Positions 38,385 through 52,470 of a DNA stretch of 64,000 nucleotides are shown here, piece after piece. The stretch's first letter is position 1. Each line of letters opens with the position of its first letter. The stretch is from Ylistrum balloti (lineage: Eukaryota). A model generated the notes under the pieces. It made no database searches, was not told the DNA's origin, and saw only the letters and a program-made list of their open reading frames with translations. The stretch is from NCBI RefSeq assembly GCF_031769215.1, contig NW_026782145.1, positions 682,001 to 746,000 on the forward strand, written 5' to 3'. The position numbers and the translations under genes are program-made.

Positions 38385-38790
38385 ACCTTACATATTATAC
38401 ACATGAAAATTAATTAATGACATAGATTTAAGGGTATATGTCACCTTACACATTATACACATGAAAATTAATTACTGACATGGATTTAAGGGTATATGTC
38501 ACCTTACACATTATACACATGAAAATTAATTACTGACATGGATTTAAGGGTATATGTCACCTTACACATTATACACATGAAAATTAATTACTGACATGGA
38601 TTTAAGGGTATATGTCACCTTACACATTATACACATGAAAATTAATTACTGACATGGATTTAAGGGTATATGTCACCTTACACATTATACACATGAAAAT
38701 TAATTACTGACATGGATTTAAGGGTATATGCACCTTACACATTATACACATGAAAATTAATTACTGACATGGATTTTAGGGTATATGTCA
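38385..38790. repeat. 58-bp minisatellite, about 7 copies
   Basis: gtatatgtcaccttacacattatacacatgaaaattaattactgacatggatttaagg. Confidence 0.95.
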
Positions 38791-40314
38791 TCTTTGTTAA
38801 TTAAAAGAACATGTCACTTTATAAGTTAAACATGTGAATCAATTATTTATTTCTGTATATCACCTCAAATGTTGGAATTACCTTATTTTCTTCAACATTC
38901 TATGTGGAATTGTCTCCCTTTAATGTACAGGTTACCCTTAAACATAGTATGTGTGGACAGTGGTTTATGTGCGAGCTACCGGCCTTCAGTATATTATCTA
39001 TTGTTATTGATGTTGTGGTGATTGCCCTGACAATACTTTTTTAATTAGTTTTATGTTACAGGTTTGTCAACTACATAAACCTGCCACCTGACATACCTAA
39101 ACAACCAACTGTAAATTATTCAGGTGACTATAATCACTAATGACTGTAAATGGACAGCTGGCAAAGTTGATGTATGGACACGAAAACAAGAACTTCTTTC
39201 AAAACTGAATTTTACTTTGTAACGTTGAAACATGAGAAGGTTTTTACGTGCTTTGCACATGTTTGGAACGTCATCACGACTTGAATTTTACGTTTCCAGC
39301 ACGACCTTCACTCTCTGTTTCTGACATTAACTATCATCATACAGGCATACAATCTAGTTAGGACATCCAATAACATTAACAACATTCCACTAGATTTTTT
39401 TAGTCTGCCCTCTCAATGAAAAAGCAGTGAATTAAGTTTCAATTAATTAGATAGTGTCTACTGATAAATTAACTGTGTTCATGTTGATGATACTAAATAC
39501 AAGTGGTATCCATTACAGAGTTGTCAACTACTTTCTCAGCTGTATGTACATCAAATTTACAGGAATACCCCTTTAAATAGTTAGTCGTTATTGGAATGTG
39601 TCTAGAAACTCGACATATTTGAAATCGTCATCTTAAAATTCAAGAATTAACAAAATGGACATCATTTCTGTATTTAAAAGCAGTTCATGCCAAAAAGCAC
39701 ACCTCAGGAAATCTTGTTCTCAATTTATCTCACCTAGTTTAAATGAATTGAAGTGAACATCAATCTTTATATCATAAAATTAACAAACTGGTTATAATTA
39801 GACAGTGCGGTAAGAAGCAAGAACTAGTTTGTAGATGCACAATTGTACAACAACTACAGCAATGTTCTATTTCCAAAACTGGAATTTGAATTACCAGTCC
39901 TGTGAGTGCAAATAATGTTACTTAAATTTGTTCCCTGATATTTACATCCAGAATGTGATTTTTCTGGACAATTGACATCCGGATTATTGCACACTCAGTG
40001 TATAGAGAATGATCAATGGAGTGTTGATATAAAACCAAAGGTCTAGTTCAGTAATTTGTCACAAGTCTGCTTTATACAGGCATGAGTATAAGATTCTATT
40101 TATGACATACCTCAAAGTCATGAAAACATAAAGAGCAAAAAATCTTGTTTACGCAGAAGATAATTAAAATATCAGATGATTTACAACCTTACATTTTTCA
40201 CTCTGACAAATTAGGAAATGTGAGGTCATTTGTATACATTTGTCAAACAATATTTGACTTGACTGCATTATGTGGCAGGCTAATTATGTGATAAATATTA
40301 CACAAGAATACATT

Positions 40315-40860
40315 TAACTCACAGCCCATACATCTGCGCAGTTACTCAATGCTCTGTATGTCTTAAGTTTAATAACTCACAGCCCATACATCTACGCAGT
40401 TACTCAATGCTCTGTATGTCTTAAGTTTAATAACTCACAGCCCATACATCTGCACAGTTACTCAATGCTCTGTATGTCTTAAGTTTAATAACTCACAGCC
40501 CATACATCTGCGCAGTTACTCAATGCTCTGTATGTCTTAAGTTTAATAACTCACAGCCCGTATATCTGCGCAGTTACTCAATGCTCTGTATGTCTTAAGT
40601 TTAATAACTCACAGCCCATACATCTACGCAGTTACTCAATGCTCTGTATGTCTTAAGTTTAATAACTCACAGCCCATACATCTGCGCAGTTACTCAATGC
40701 TCTGTATGTCTTAAGTTTAATAACTCACAGCCCATACATCTGCGCAGTTACTCAATGCTCTGTATGTCTTAAGTTTAATAACTCACAGCCCGTATATCTG
40801 CACACTTACTCAATGCTCTGTATGTCTAAATTTCAATAACTCATAGCCCATATCTCTGTA
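40315..40860. repeat. 58-bp minisatellite (unrelated to the 38.4 kb array), about 9 copies
   Basis: agcccatacatctgcgcagttactcaatgctctgtatgtcttaagtttaataactcac. Confidence 0.95.
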
Positions 40861-41154
40861 CATTTCTTTAACAGATCTGTATCTATGATGTGTAATGTGT
40901 TGCCAAATTTATCCTGTAGTGAGCCCAGAGTGCAAACACATTACATACTTACTGTCCATACCTTTCTTCCAACTCTAAGGGTGGGCTTATTATAGGACAA
41001 TGTAAGAATAAGGGTTGAAATTTTCGCTTAATAGAATTAACAACAATATATATTGCTAGACTTAATGCCAGATACATATGTTTAATAGAACGTGTTTTCC
41101 ATTAAAAACTTTGATCTTTAACATAAAACTTTGGCCAAGTGTTGTTTTACCTAC

Positions 41155-41335
41155 CCCCAGCATCACACGGAGAGTTCTGATCTGGTGTTACAGGGTTATG
41201 TAGGTTGTGAAGGCCAATCTTGGATGGAAGAGATGTGTGTTGGTACACAATATGGGGATGACCTGTGTCAGAGGCGGGATGTCCTCGCACTGGTTCTATA
41301 AAGTAGGTTCCAGTACCAATTCGCAGTAGCCCTGT
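41155..41335 (-). CDS. ADAMTS7/12: ADAMTS prodomain exon (TGLLRIGTGTYFIEPV...HPHIVY...PCDAG)
   Basis: ttcag| acceptor, G|gtaggt donor; 181 nt; FIEP and HPHIVY propeptide motifs. Confidence 0.93.
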
Positions 41336-41921
41336 CTGAAAATAGAAGGTTAGTGTAATATTATACACTAGACATCACAGATTGTGTCCATAAAGGAGAA
41401 GTTAATTGCCAACATTATTTATATACATAAGTGATGGGATGATGGTCAGATACAAAATGAACAATTATCTGTTTATCATCAGATGTGAGGGTCAATTCTA
41501 ATCTTTCATAATCCATCATCCATACCTTTACATTTTCTTGTATTTCAGTGAAAGTAAAATTCATCAAGCACAGATGCTAAATGCCAATGAAATTTAATCT
41601 TATGCAACTTCTAGATAAGTGAGGTATTGAAGTTTAAACAAAGTCACAACCAAGAATTATGCACTTTCTATAAATATCAAACACAGTCAGTTGATTTGTT
41701 TGACAAATTAATAATCCCCCTCCGGACTGAATTAACCCTATCTCACCCTTAAGGTGGTGATTGATTCTTTTACCGGAAGTCCGTGGAATTAGATATTGGT
41801 GGATACAAACTAGGTGGACGTTTCCCCCGATCATGATCGAAAGTTTCCGTAGAGAAATAACATTATCATATATTCCGTATTCATTTTCACAATCGTTTAA
41901 GATTTAAACCTATATTTAATG

Positions 41922-44900
41922 TGACGTCATCAAAATGGTATCATTCCTGTTGATGGTACAGCAGCTTATGGAATTTCGCGCCAAAATCTATCGGAAGTAG
42001 ATGACTAATCATGAAAACGGTTGTGAACTCCTGTTCGAAACACTAATTCAGTCCATAGCTTTATTACAATTTTAGCCTGTCTGTTTTACTCTTCCTTTTT
42101 CAAATCAATGATATAATTGGGTAGATAAAGTTAAATACAACATAAAACACACATTAAATCACGTGTTAAATATATAGTCGCGTGTCAAGTTAGGAAGGGC
42201 AGTCAGGCCATTTTGGGCTGTCAAACTTACTTTTACAAACCATAACTTTGCAATCTGTTGCCATTTTTATCAAATTCCACATGTTAAACTGTCCTGACTT
42301 CTATTCTATGGTTCAATAACTTTAAAGTGTAATTTAGATATCAATTGTGAGCAAAGACCGATTGTCCGTTAACACGGAATGAGAGGTCCTGTGTCGTCAT
42401 GGCGTTCCGACTTTAAACCGTAGTGATACCTGACCTATCTTCATTATAATGAGGATATCTTTATGTTTTATTTATGTACTCTAATTTTCTTTATGAGTCA
42501 TTCATGAAATATGTTTCAACAATACCACAATAGATAATACATTTTTCATACAGATATATTTGTTAGATATTATTTGTGGTCACTTGGTGAAAATAAAGGG
42601 TTAAGATAATACGGCTGAAGAAACGCGACGTACCGCCGTCCAATATGTCTAGGCAATAAAAATCATCAGCGATAGATATCCGTATTATCCGGCATATACT
42701 TATCGCACCTGTGAATAAATTAAAATATGACCCGCTAACCTCACGTGATCATTAAAATACCTCTCCTCAATGTGTGTATTATAGAGACATTATATAGCAT
42801 TTTGTGCTAACATACCCATTAGTACGGTTGACGGCAGATATTTTGATGTCTTTTTTTATAATACAATATAGCTCAGCCCTTGATGTCTCTGTCATTCAAG
42901 TCCGCAGACATCTAATTTAAACTGAAAAGTAGTTATTCTCTTGGTATACCATATATTTACTACTACTATCAGATAAAATAGTTCTTTACTCACATGTACG
43001 AATTCGTCGGTGCAGTTTTACGTTTTCTCTTAGCAAGTTGTATCCCTATAAGAAATGTGCAGGCCGTCTTTTCATTTATTCTGTTTTATTTAAGTGTCTT
43101 TACGTCCGTTATAACGGCGTTTCAGTAAACATGAAGCCGTCTAAATAGATACGGGTATACAGTAACATAGTCCTTAAATTCTAATTTACAGCACGTTTCG
43201 AAGTCTATTAAATTGGGCATTGGAATATTACGAGTAAAGGAAAATTATGTAAAAGTTGAAATCATGTAGTAACCTTTGTTAAATGGTTTACAACTTTTTT
43301 TTTGAAAAATCACGTGAATTTGATGGTTGTGTGCATAACGCACTCGCCTTTCGCAATAAAGTTACGTTTTTTAAAAACCATACAAGTCAGGATGCAGCGA
43401 ACACTACATTATATGTTTATCATTCCCATAGCCACATAAAATAACGTGTATATACTGCTGAGTTAAAAATTTTAATATAATTTCCAAACCTTCTCCCAGT
43501 ATAATAACATCCATCAGCTGCTTTATGGTGTATTATGACCGCGATAAACACACGTTTAAACATGTAACAAACATTAAACGAGCAGACCAATTTCTGTGTA
43601 TGGCAGAGTTTTATCGGCACTATGGCAAGCAAATTCGACTCTCATTATATAATATTATATCAGATATGAAAATATATTCTAAAAATCCTAATCCTGTAAA
43701 TATATTACAAAAAATAAGTGTCACAAAGAGGTTATGTAAAACTTGTTCTATATTCATATTACATGCTTGATATTTTTTCAAGATATTCCGAATAAGACGT
43801 CTTTATAAAAGAAGAAAACGTCATTTCATTTAATCGAGTCTCTGATAAGTTGAAAATTCGATCGTACGAGTTTCACAAACCAGACTATGGAATTTAATGG
43901 GAATTCCTCCTATCACATAACTTAGACAGTTTTGCAAACATTCGTGAAAACGGCATTTTATCAGACTGATTTAAAACATTTGATGACGTCACAATGCATA
44001 TGGTGCCGTGAACCTATGACGTCATAATAGAAAACAATAGAGACATTCGGATAATCAGAGCTCTGCTATGTGTTATATAATGTTATTACATCGATAACAG
44101 GGTAGCTGTGTCATGAAATTATGTAGAATATCTTATATACTCTCCATAAGTATGTGACATTGATCCCTGACAATCACTTACAATGTAACATCACAACACC
44201 ATTCGTCTTAACCAAATTCAACAACTTCCGGTTAATAACGATCATGCTGACTATTACCAAAGAGAGGGAAAACTTACAACCATACTCTACATCTTCCAGC
44301 CAGTAAAGGTCATACCAACAATTAACACACGACATTTCTGGACAATCCGATTCTTAAAATACGATGTAATAGCAATGTTGTGTTGATGTATCCAAAAATA
44401 CCCCTAGTGACGTCAGTGCATGCAGCGCCTGGTACTTAACGTAACGAACTGGGCCCCGACGTCACATCTAACACGAAACCTGAAGTTTAATACTGTACTG
44501 ATTTCGCTGACTGTGCCATAATCTCAAGGACGGCGATCTATCAAATTGACAGATAAACATGCTTATATATGGAGCAAGGTTTGTACTTGAACTGTTTTAA
44601 TATGGGTCGGTGGATGTGTAATATCGTATACGGTGATAAGTCGTCTAGTATTGGTTTCTTATATAAGGTCTCTGGTTATTTAAAGGGAGAACAAGTAAGC
44701 TGAAGTAAACACACTTTTACCGAGTCAGCCAATGAATTGAAAAGAATATTGGCATTTTTTTTCATTGATATCACACATAGTCAAGTACTTATATCCACCG
44801 CAATCAATCTATTTAAGTTATTGAATGAATCATCACGCTTAGCTGACATAAAGTAAAGTGCATACGTTGTAGAAATTTAAAAAATATTAATCGCTACATG

Positions 44901-46324
44901 TGACGGTAAAATATTGATTTGATGTGGGTTTCTTTCATTCTTTAAAGTTAACATGGAATTTCCAATATTTTTGTAGTATATGACAACTGGTTTGCACTCG
45001 TCCATGACGGCATTCCTTTTCATGTTTTTTTTTTTTTTTTTTACGTAAAACAGTTTGTCTATATATCGTTTATGGTGGGTTTTCCCGTTACGTGTAACGG
45101 AACAAATTTGATTTGGATCATTAACTATAACTATATCCGACACGTGATCACGTGCACCATAAAGCGGAAATTGTTCTCAAACGTCACGACGGTAATCCCA
45201 TGTCCTGTCGATCTACCAATATAAAGAGATAACCATGTTCATCAGATAACAAAACCTTTGATATAGATTTGACAGTTCTATGATGTAATGCATATACCAC
45301 ATAATAAACATGACCAATTTGAGATTGTTTCAAGCCCGACACGACGGCGGATATCCTTCATGTATTTCAAAATACCGAGAAATGAACAGTACATGGTTTT
45401 GTGCCAAAACCTACGTACATGTATATATCAACGTCACTCAGCACCGTCTAAAAGTCTTATCATACGAAATTGTATGAAGTTTTCGGTAAAGATATGAAAG
45501 TCCATGTCAATGCTATTCTGACTCAATTCTAGGAGCAATAGCGAAAAATAGTTATATCCTTTCCTCCACGAAGTGACGTCGGATTGGGAATGGAAATAAG
45601 GCCAGATAGTTTTGCTCGTTATAAGAATGTTTAAAATATCAAAGAATCAAAGACAAGTTTGGATAGTAACAATATATAACGATAATTTATAGTCTACAGA
45701 AATATTTCAAGACTTCTTCAGTACTTTTCATTGGGAGACAATAATAATATAATAATATTTCCTAGCGCGTCTATGGCCTCCAACAAACAGCTGTGGTCGA
45801 CAGGTCACGAAGAACTATTGGGAAGCTAAAGTATATACATCCGTGAAACTAAAAATTCCGATATCTGCCAAGAATTTTAAGAATGTGAAAATGGTTTATT
45901 ATGAACTGTTAAAGAAAAGTCGAGGAGAAAATCTTAGCAGGGTAGAGAGTTGTGTTAATGGCGTGGAAATGTAAAGACAAGATAATATGGCGATATCGCC
46001 ATGTTTTAAGCTTATCTGTAACTGTGATTTATTTCTCGTCTGCCTATGTAACGGCGGGGAGGAATCTGACAGAAGTCGAGCGGTTCGATACCCTGGAGTA
46101 CACAAAATACAGCAACCCCTATCTTTATAAAGAGAGAGACGTGAAATTAAATTTCCATGCAACAGAAGAGTGAACCGAATCGTCACATACAACACATAAC
46201 ATAGCATTATAACACCACCAGGCCCAGGCAACGACTTCCCTTACATCGTCATTTATTGGACCGTAATGCTATTTTCAACGGTTATTTAAAGAAACAACCG
46301 GTTTTTGTTTTGTAAATGACGTCA
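41922..46324. promoter_or_regulatory. Cluster of five full CRE palindromes (TGACGTCA) in the large ADAMTS intron
   Basis: Sites at 41922, 43984, 44017, 44408 and 46317; function unproven. Confidence 0.35.
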
Positions 46325-48504
46325 CTTTTAATGACGGTCACATTGTTTTCAGTCATGCCATATTTTCCACTTGACGAATCTCGTGCGTTCCATCTTGTTA
46401 CATTAAGAATATTAATTAAGTTTTTCGTCTACATGAAATAAACTCCTTTATTTACACTACACATCACATACTACAAAATGTTGACCAAACAAACCCGTTT
46501 TATAATCGACATGACATTAACGTTTAATAGTCGATATTCAGATATTTTATCATTAACTTCTACATAACCTAACTAATAACAAAAGTATGTGTCATCAAAC
46601 AAGAAAATTGTGTTTGATATGTCGGTCAGTCCTGAATCATAAGACATGTGTTTCTAGACGTCCATTAAGTCGAACAAAGTTTGTATTATATAACGATCTG
46701 AAACCAGGTATTATATTAATGTATTGTAAACTCGGCCAGGCAGAGCACTGACTCATTCTATTATCGGACATGGCTATATTACACTCAATAGCAGAGTATC
46801 AATTCACTTGAATGTTTTCATTTGCTAGAGGCCTTTGGGAGAGATTCGGTCAAAAGGGACCGGACAGTTCAAATAAAATATTCATCAATGCGCAATCGAG
46901 TCATCTACCATCAACATGGACAGGAAACAACAGTGATTTTACTCCGAAATTTCCATAGATATCAATCTTATGGCATTCCTAAGGGATCTCCACGAAGCAC
47001 TTGCAGGAAATTTCGGAAAAATAGACTCAAATTTTTAGTGCGATTAATGACACAACCATCGTATGCCTTTTATCTACATCTTTCACGACAAACATTTTTC
47101 ATAGGAGAATAAATAAAAAGACCGTTCGATCATTGGGAGAAATCTGACATCTATAACTTAAAGGCATCGATCACCTAACACATTTGTAATTATTTGTGGA
47201 ACACTTGCTCTTCAATGTGTACTCAGAGATTCGGCGTCGTCAACACTAGATAAAAGTACCCCCTTGTCAGTACTCCATGGCGTTATACTCCAATACCCCA
47301 CAATCTTAATTTAATAGCAAGGCTTTGAGCAGTAAAGCAGGCAAAGATTAAGTAAAATCTCATTGACGTGTTCAACAAATACAATGCACTTTAACATAAG
47401 ATTGCAGTCAGATTACCTCAATTAGTATTCTATACATCAACTTAATTAGTCGTTTTTATGACGGTGTGATAAGAACAATGGTTTATCTGTATTGCAAAAA
47501 ATACAGTTCTAACAGTAAATCAAGGTGTTGTATTTAATTTTGCTAAAAGAACAATCCCGATTATCAATTTGTTATCACTGACATGTGCCTGTCAAGATGG
47601 GAGATAACTCATGTCTGAAGTCTAATTGTAGAGTTATTTGCCCTTTATGTTTGCCAAAATTAAGCAATAAGTATCGGCTACTTTTAAACTACAGAAAGAT
47701 TTCAAATTCTGTTTGGGCCACGTGTTGGTTCGAAAATAATTGTCGATTTGTGTTTGTTTCCAGTATCAACATAACATATGTGAAATACTACCGATAAACA
47801 GAAATACATTAAGATAAACTCCCGAAATCAAGTATGCATCATCGTCGATGTACACATTCATAATATATCATGATAATGTTGACGAAAGTTTAAAGTGAAA
47901 TCTATATATATACTTTTATTGTAGCCATACGTGTTGGATTCAGTTACAACATCGACCAATCTGAGTTGATCTAATGGCCGAGGACAGTTCGTGATAGGCG
48001 AGGAACCGCCTGGGAGCAAGTGGGGAGAGAATGAGCTGTATATCTATTGCTATCAGGCCGAGGACCAGGTGGTCCAATCATCAGTCAACAGTGGTGAAAG
48101 GCGTAACTCAAACAGCCACACTTCATATGTTCAATCGATGGATTTTGCAAAGATACCATGACATGTCCTGACATTTTATTAATTCTCGAAATCTTCTCCA
48201 GCGTTATCTTAGTCTGAATGTCCTAGATATCACCTCGGCAGTTATCATCAGCATGGCTGACTGCTACTAAATCAACACAATCATTTCACATATATATGAA
48301 CAATTTGTCAAATAATCTCCCAAATAATCGGCCCAATAACAGCGTGCTATGACCGTTACTTTGAATGACCATGATACGATTTCACAACACGGGTCAATGT
48401 CCAGATTGCATTACTTTTCAGTTAGACAAACGTTTACATATACTGTTTCCTGTACCTGGAAAAACACCAAAACTGCTCAGCGAGCTACAGATGCACTCCT
48501 TTCG

Positions 48505-48850
48505 ACATAAAGTACCGGTTATCACGTGTCCAGGACCGGTTACATCCGGTACATATTCTGACCGGTTAAAGTCAGCCTAATGTACCGTACCTTTTGGCAT
48601 GAACTACATGCCGTCACGTGAACAGGACTGGTCACGTTCGGTACATGTTATGACCAGTTAAGGTTAGCCTAACATACCGCACCTTTTGGCATAAAGTACC
48701 GGTTGTCGCATGACCAGAACCGGTGACGCCCGGTACATGGTCTAACGAGTAAAGGTCAGACTTGGGTACCGCACTTTTCTGTAGGTAGTATCGGTTGTCA
48801 CGCGTCCAGGAGCGATTACTTCTGGTACCCGTTCTCATCAGTTAAGGTCA
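48505..48850. repeat. About 91-bp diverged tandem repeat, about 4 copies
   Basis: aaagtaccggtt...cggtacat...accttttggcat blocks from about 48508, 48601, 48692 and 48782. Confidence 0.8.
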
Positions 48851-51149
48851 AAGAAAGGCGGTATCGTTTGTAAATTTGAACGTTCTCTGCCTAACACAAG
48901 ATTTCTACTTTGACAGTATAAATTTCGTCGGATTGTACTTGAATATATTTGTTTTACTAGACAATGTCTCGGGAGGTATGGCGAGATCCAAGACTCACCC
49001 CTGTAATATATCTGAAGGGACGCCTCAGTTCACTCAGTAATCTAATTAAAATGTAAACAAACCCTAGAAGGGTCACTAAGAGCACATGTACTTCACCATG
49101 CTAATATTAGGCTTGACATTTCCCTCAGGTTTTACCTCAGTACTTTGATGGTAATACGACTCCTTGGCGGACCGAACACTTGAATGGAAGTAAAGCAATA
49201 ACTCGTTCATATACAGTAATAACCTATGTTATCTACATGTTAGGTAATCAGCGACAATTTCGAGGTTAAAGAAAGGTTATTCAAGGTCAAATATAGTAAT
49301 ATTTCTTCAAGAAGGACAATTGTTGAATTACAGAAATCTATCACCAAGATCTCGTCCCCAGTGTCACTTACATAATCTACTAGAGACCGAATGTACTTCA
49401 GCGTGTCTTTGATGGCGATAGAATACTTTATAAATGGGTTCCCATAAATCTTCTTCATTATAATGTCCCGGTACGTGAGGGTGTAAGACTGTCAATGATT
49501 AGCCACGGAAACCACCGATGTTATCGATCATGTCCGGACCTATTTCAACCCTGAACTCATATTTTATTACCTGTGTATTGTAACTTTTTATTACATCTAG
49601 CCTTTGAAATAAATACGTTTAAAGTAACGGATTCCGGGTCAAATGTCATCTGTACTTCAGCATCCACATTGATGAAACTGCAGGTGTGCCATCTATGGGC
49701 TACAAGCACTTTGTGCCCTTTTCCTTGCCCAAGGACCGGATTTCCTTGCAGGCTTAAGTGTTGTCATCATTGTATCTTATTGGTGACATTTGTTAATAAC
49801 GGATGCCCTTTGATTCATTGAATGATCCTGTAATGAATATAACTACCACTTCAAAGTTCCGTTCTAAACTGCACTCATTGTAACTTGGAGAAAATACAGG
49901 TTTGAGTAACAGAACCTTTTTATGTACCGTTTGTAACCCGTATTTACCATATACCAAAACATCCTTAGAAAGAAACGTTTGATAAAACATCCGTAGCTTT
50001 TGTATTGGGTAAAGATAGCTTGTTTATTTAAGAAAATACTGAAGATATGTTTTTGACATAATGTGAAAGGGGAACATGGTAGCTACAACGAGATCCTATC
50101 AGTAGAACTAACATCCGGGGCGTTTTTATGTACCATGTTCTAATTTAGAATGCACTGTCACAGGCGTTTTCGACTCGAATTGACCTCCCTGATAGACTAG
50201 TCTAATCTCGAGACGACATACAGATAGACTGGTAGAACCAGGTATCGCCATTCCGATCTACAAATGTACCGTAGTGTCACAGGTACTGCCTCATCAAAGC
50301 ACAGATTGTTAACACATCTTCATCGTGTTTTACACGAGCATAAAAGCTGCTTCATAGACATAGTCATCATACTTACACATCCCGTCTTGTCAGCGAACTC
50401 CGAGTAGGAGTAAACAGGCTATTTACCTCCGGATAATACATTCCGTCGCCGGCTTTTGTTTTAGAACAAATGGCGAATCTACTTTTAGCTCAGAGCAGGG
50501 CGCCTCAAGGCCCGTGAAGAAGTCCAACACACGTGCAATGGTGGCAGAGGCAATAGAGGCAAGATGGTCCTTAATGCTCCACATGTCGTATACAATACAA
50601 ACATTTTTAGAGCCACCATGTCATGCTGGCAATAAAGCCTTTGGTACACGATATACGAGTAACGGTTTTGGATTCTTCATCGCCATTAATGGAATAGACT
50701 TGATAGAAATGTCTCCACTTTCTGAAGGTGCCGACAGGTGTCACTTTCGGCATCCTTTCCTGTTCTGAGACTGGTTAATGAATAAAATCTCACTGCTGAT
50801 TGAGAGTGCCAACACTATAATTGTATTTAAACACTTACACATTTCCCCATTAATAGCGATAACAGAGAGTGAGAAAAGGGGGATATTTGCACGTTGTGGA
50901 TAATCACAAGAACCGCCTAAGGAAAACATGGTCGTTGTATACTGTTAAACAGTAGAAATATATGTCGTACCTTGATAAATGTGTTAGATTTGAAACTAAA
51001 TCGCCCGTTCTGTTGCATCCCCGTTGCAACTTCGTTAAACTATTCTGTAGAAAAACCTTTCGCTAGAGTTACAAGTAGAAGAAATTTTCGTTGATGTCGC
51101 TATGATCTGTTGTGCAAAAGGATATTTCGTCAACGCGAGTATGTCGAAG

Positions 51150-52470
51150 TACTTTTCTACAAAGAAAAGTATTTCGCAGACGTAGGAAGTGTTCCTGAGT
51201 TACTGTTCTAGAGAGGTTTGTTTCGCCGACGTAGCGAGTGTTCCGGTGTACTGTCCTATAGAAGTGTATTTCGCCGACATAGCGAGTGTACCGGTGTACT
51301 GTACTATAGAAGTGTATTTCGCAGACATAGCGAGTGTTTCGGTGAATTATTTTGAAAGTACATTTCGCCGACGTAGCAAGTGTACTGGTGTACTGTACTA
51401 TAGAAGTGTATTTCGCCGACATAGCGAGTGTTTCGGTGAATTATTTTGAAAGTACATTTCGCCGACGTAGCAAGTGTACTGGTGTACTGTCCTATAGAGG
51501 TACATTTCGCAGACATAGCGAGTGTTCCGGTGTACTGTCCTGTAAAAGTGTGTTTCGCCGACGTAGCAAGTGTACCGGTGTACTGTCCTATAGAGGTATA
51601 TTTCGCCGACGTAGCAAGTGTACCGGTGTACTGTCCTATAGAAGTGTATTTCGCCGACATAGCGAGTGTTCCGGTGTACTGTCCTATAGAAGTGTATTTC
51701 GCCGACATAGCGAGTGTTTCGGTGAATTATTTTGAAAGTACATTTCGCCGACGTAGCAAGTGTACTGGTGTACTGTCCTATAGAGGTATATTTCGCAGAC
51801 ATAGCGAGTGTTCCGGTGTACTGTCCTGTAAAAGTGTGTTTCGCCGACGTAGCAAGTGTACCGGTGTACTGTCCTATAGAAGTGTATTTCGCCGACATAG
51901 CGAGTGTTTCGGTGAATTATTTTGAAAGTACATTTCGCCGACGTAGCAAGTGTACCGGTGTACTGTCCTATAGAAGTGTATTTCGCCGACATAGCGAGTG
52001 TTCCGGTGTACTGTCCTATAGAAGTGTATTTCGCCGACATAGCGAGTGTTTCGGTGAATTATTTTGAAAGTACATTTCGCCGACGTAGCAAGTGTACTGG
52101 TGTACTGTCCTATAGAGGTATATTTCGCAGACATAGCGAGTGTTCCGGTGTACTGTCCTGTAAAAGTGTGTTTCGCCGACGTAGCAAGTGTACCGGTGTA
52201 CTGTCCTATAGAGGTATATTTCGCCGACATAGCGAGTGTTTCGGTGTACTGTCATATAGAGGTATATTTCGCCGACATAGCGAGTGCCTCTTTGTACTGT
52301 CCTATAAAAGTGTGTTTCGCCGACGTAGCGATTGCCTCTTTGTACTGTTCTATAAAAGTATGTTTCGCCGACGTAGCGAGTGTTCCGGTGTACTGTACTA
52401 TAGAAGTATGTTTCGCTGACGTAGCGAGTGTTCCGGTGTACTGTCCTATAGAAGTGTATTTCCGAAACAT
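51150..52470. repeat. CpG-rich minisatellite with 48-bp and 46-bp units in higher-order blocks
   Basis: tttcgc spacing 46/48; the 46-bp unit recurs after 190 and 142 bp. Confidence 0.95.
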
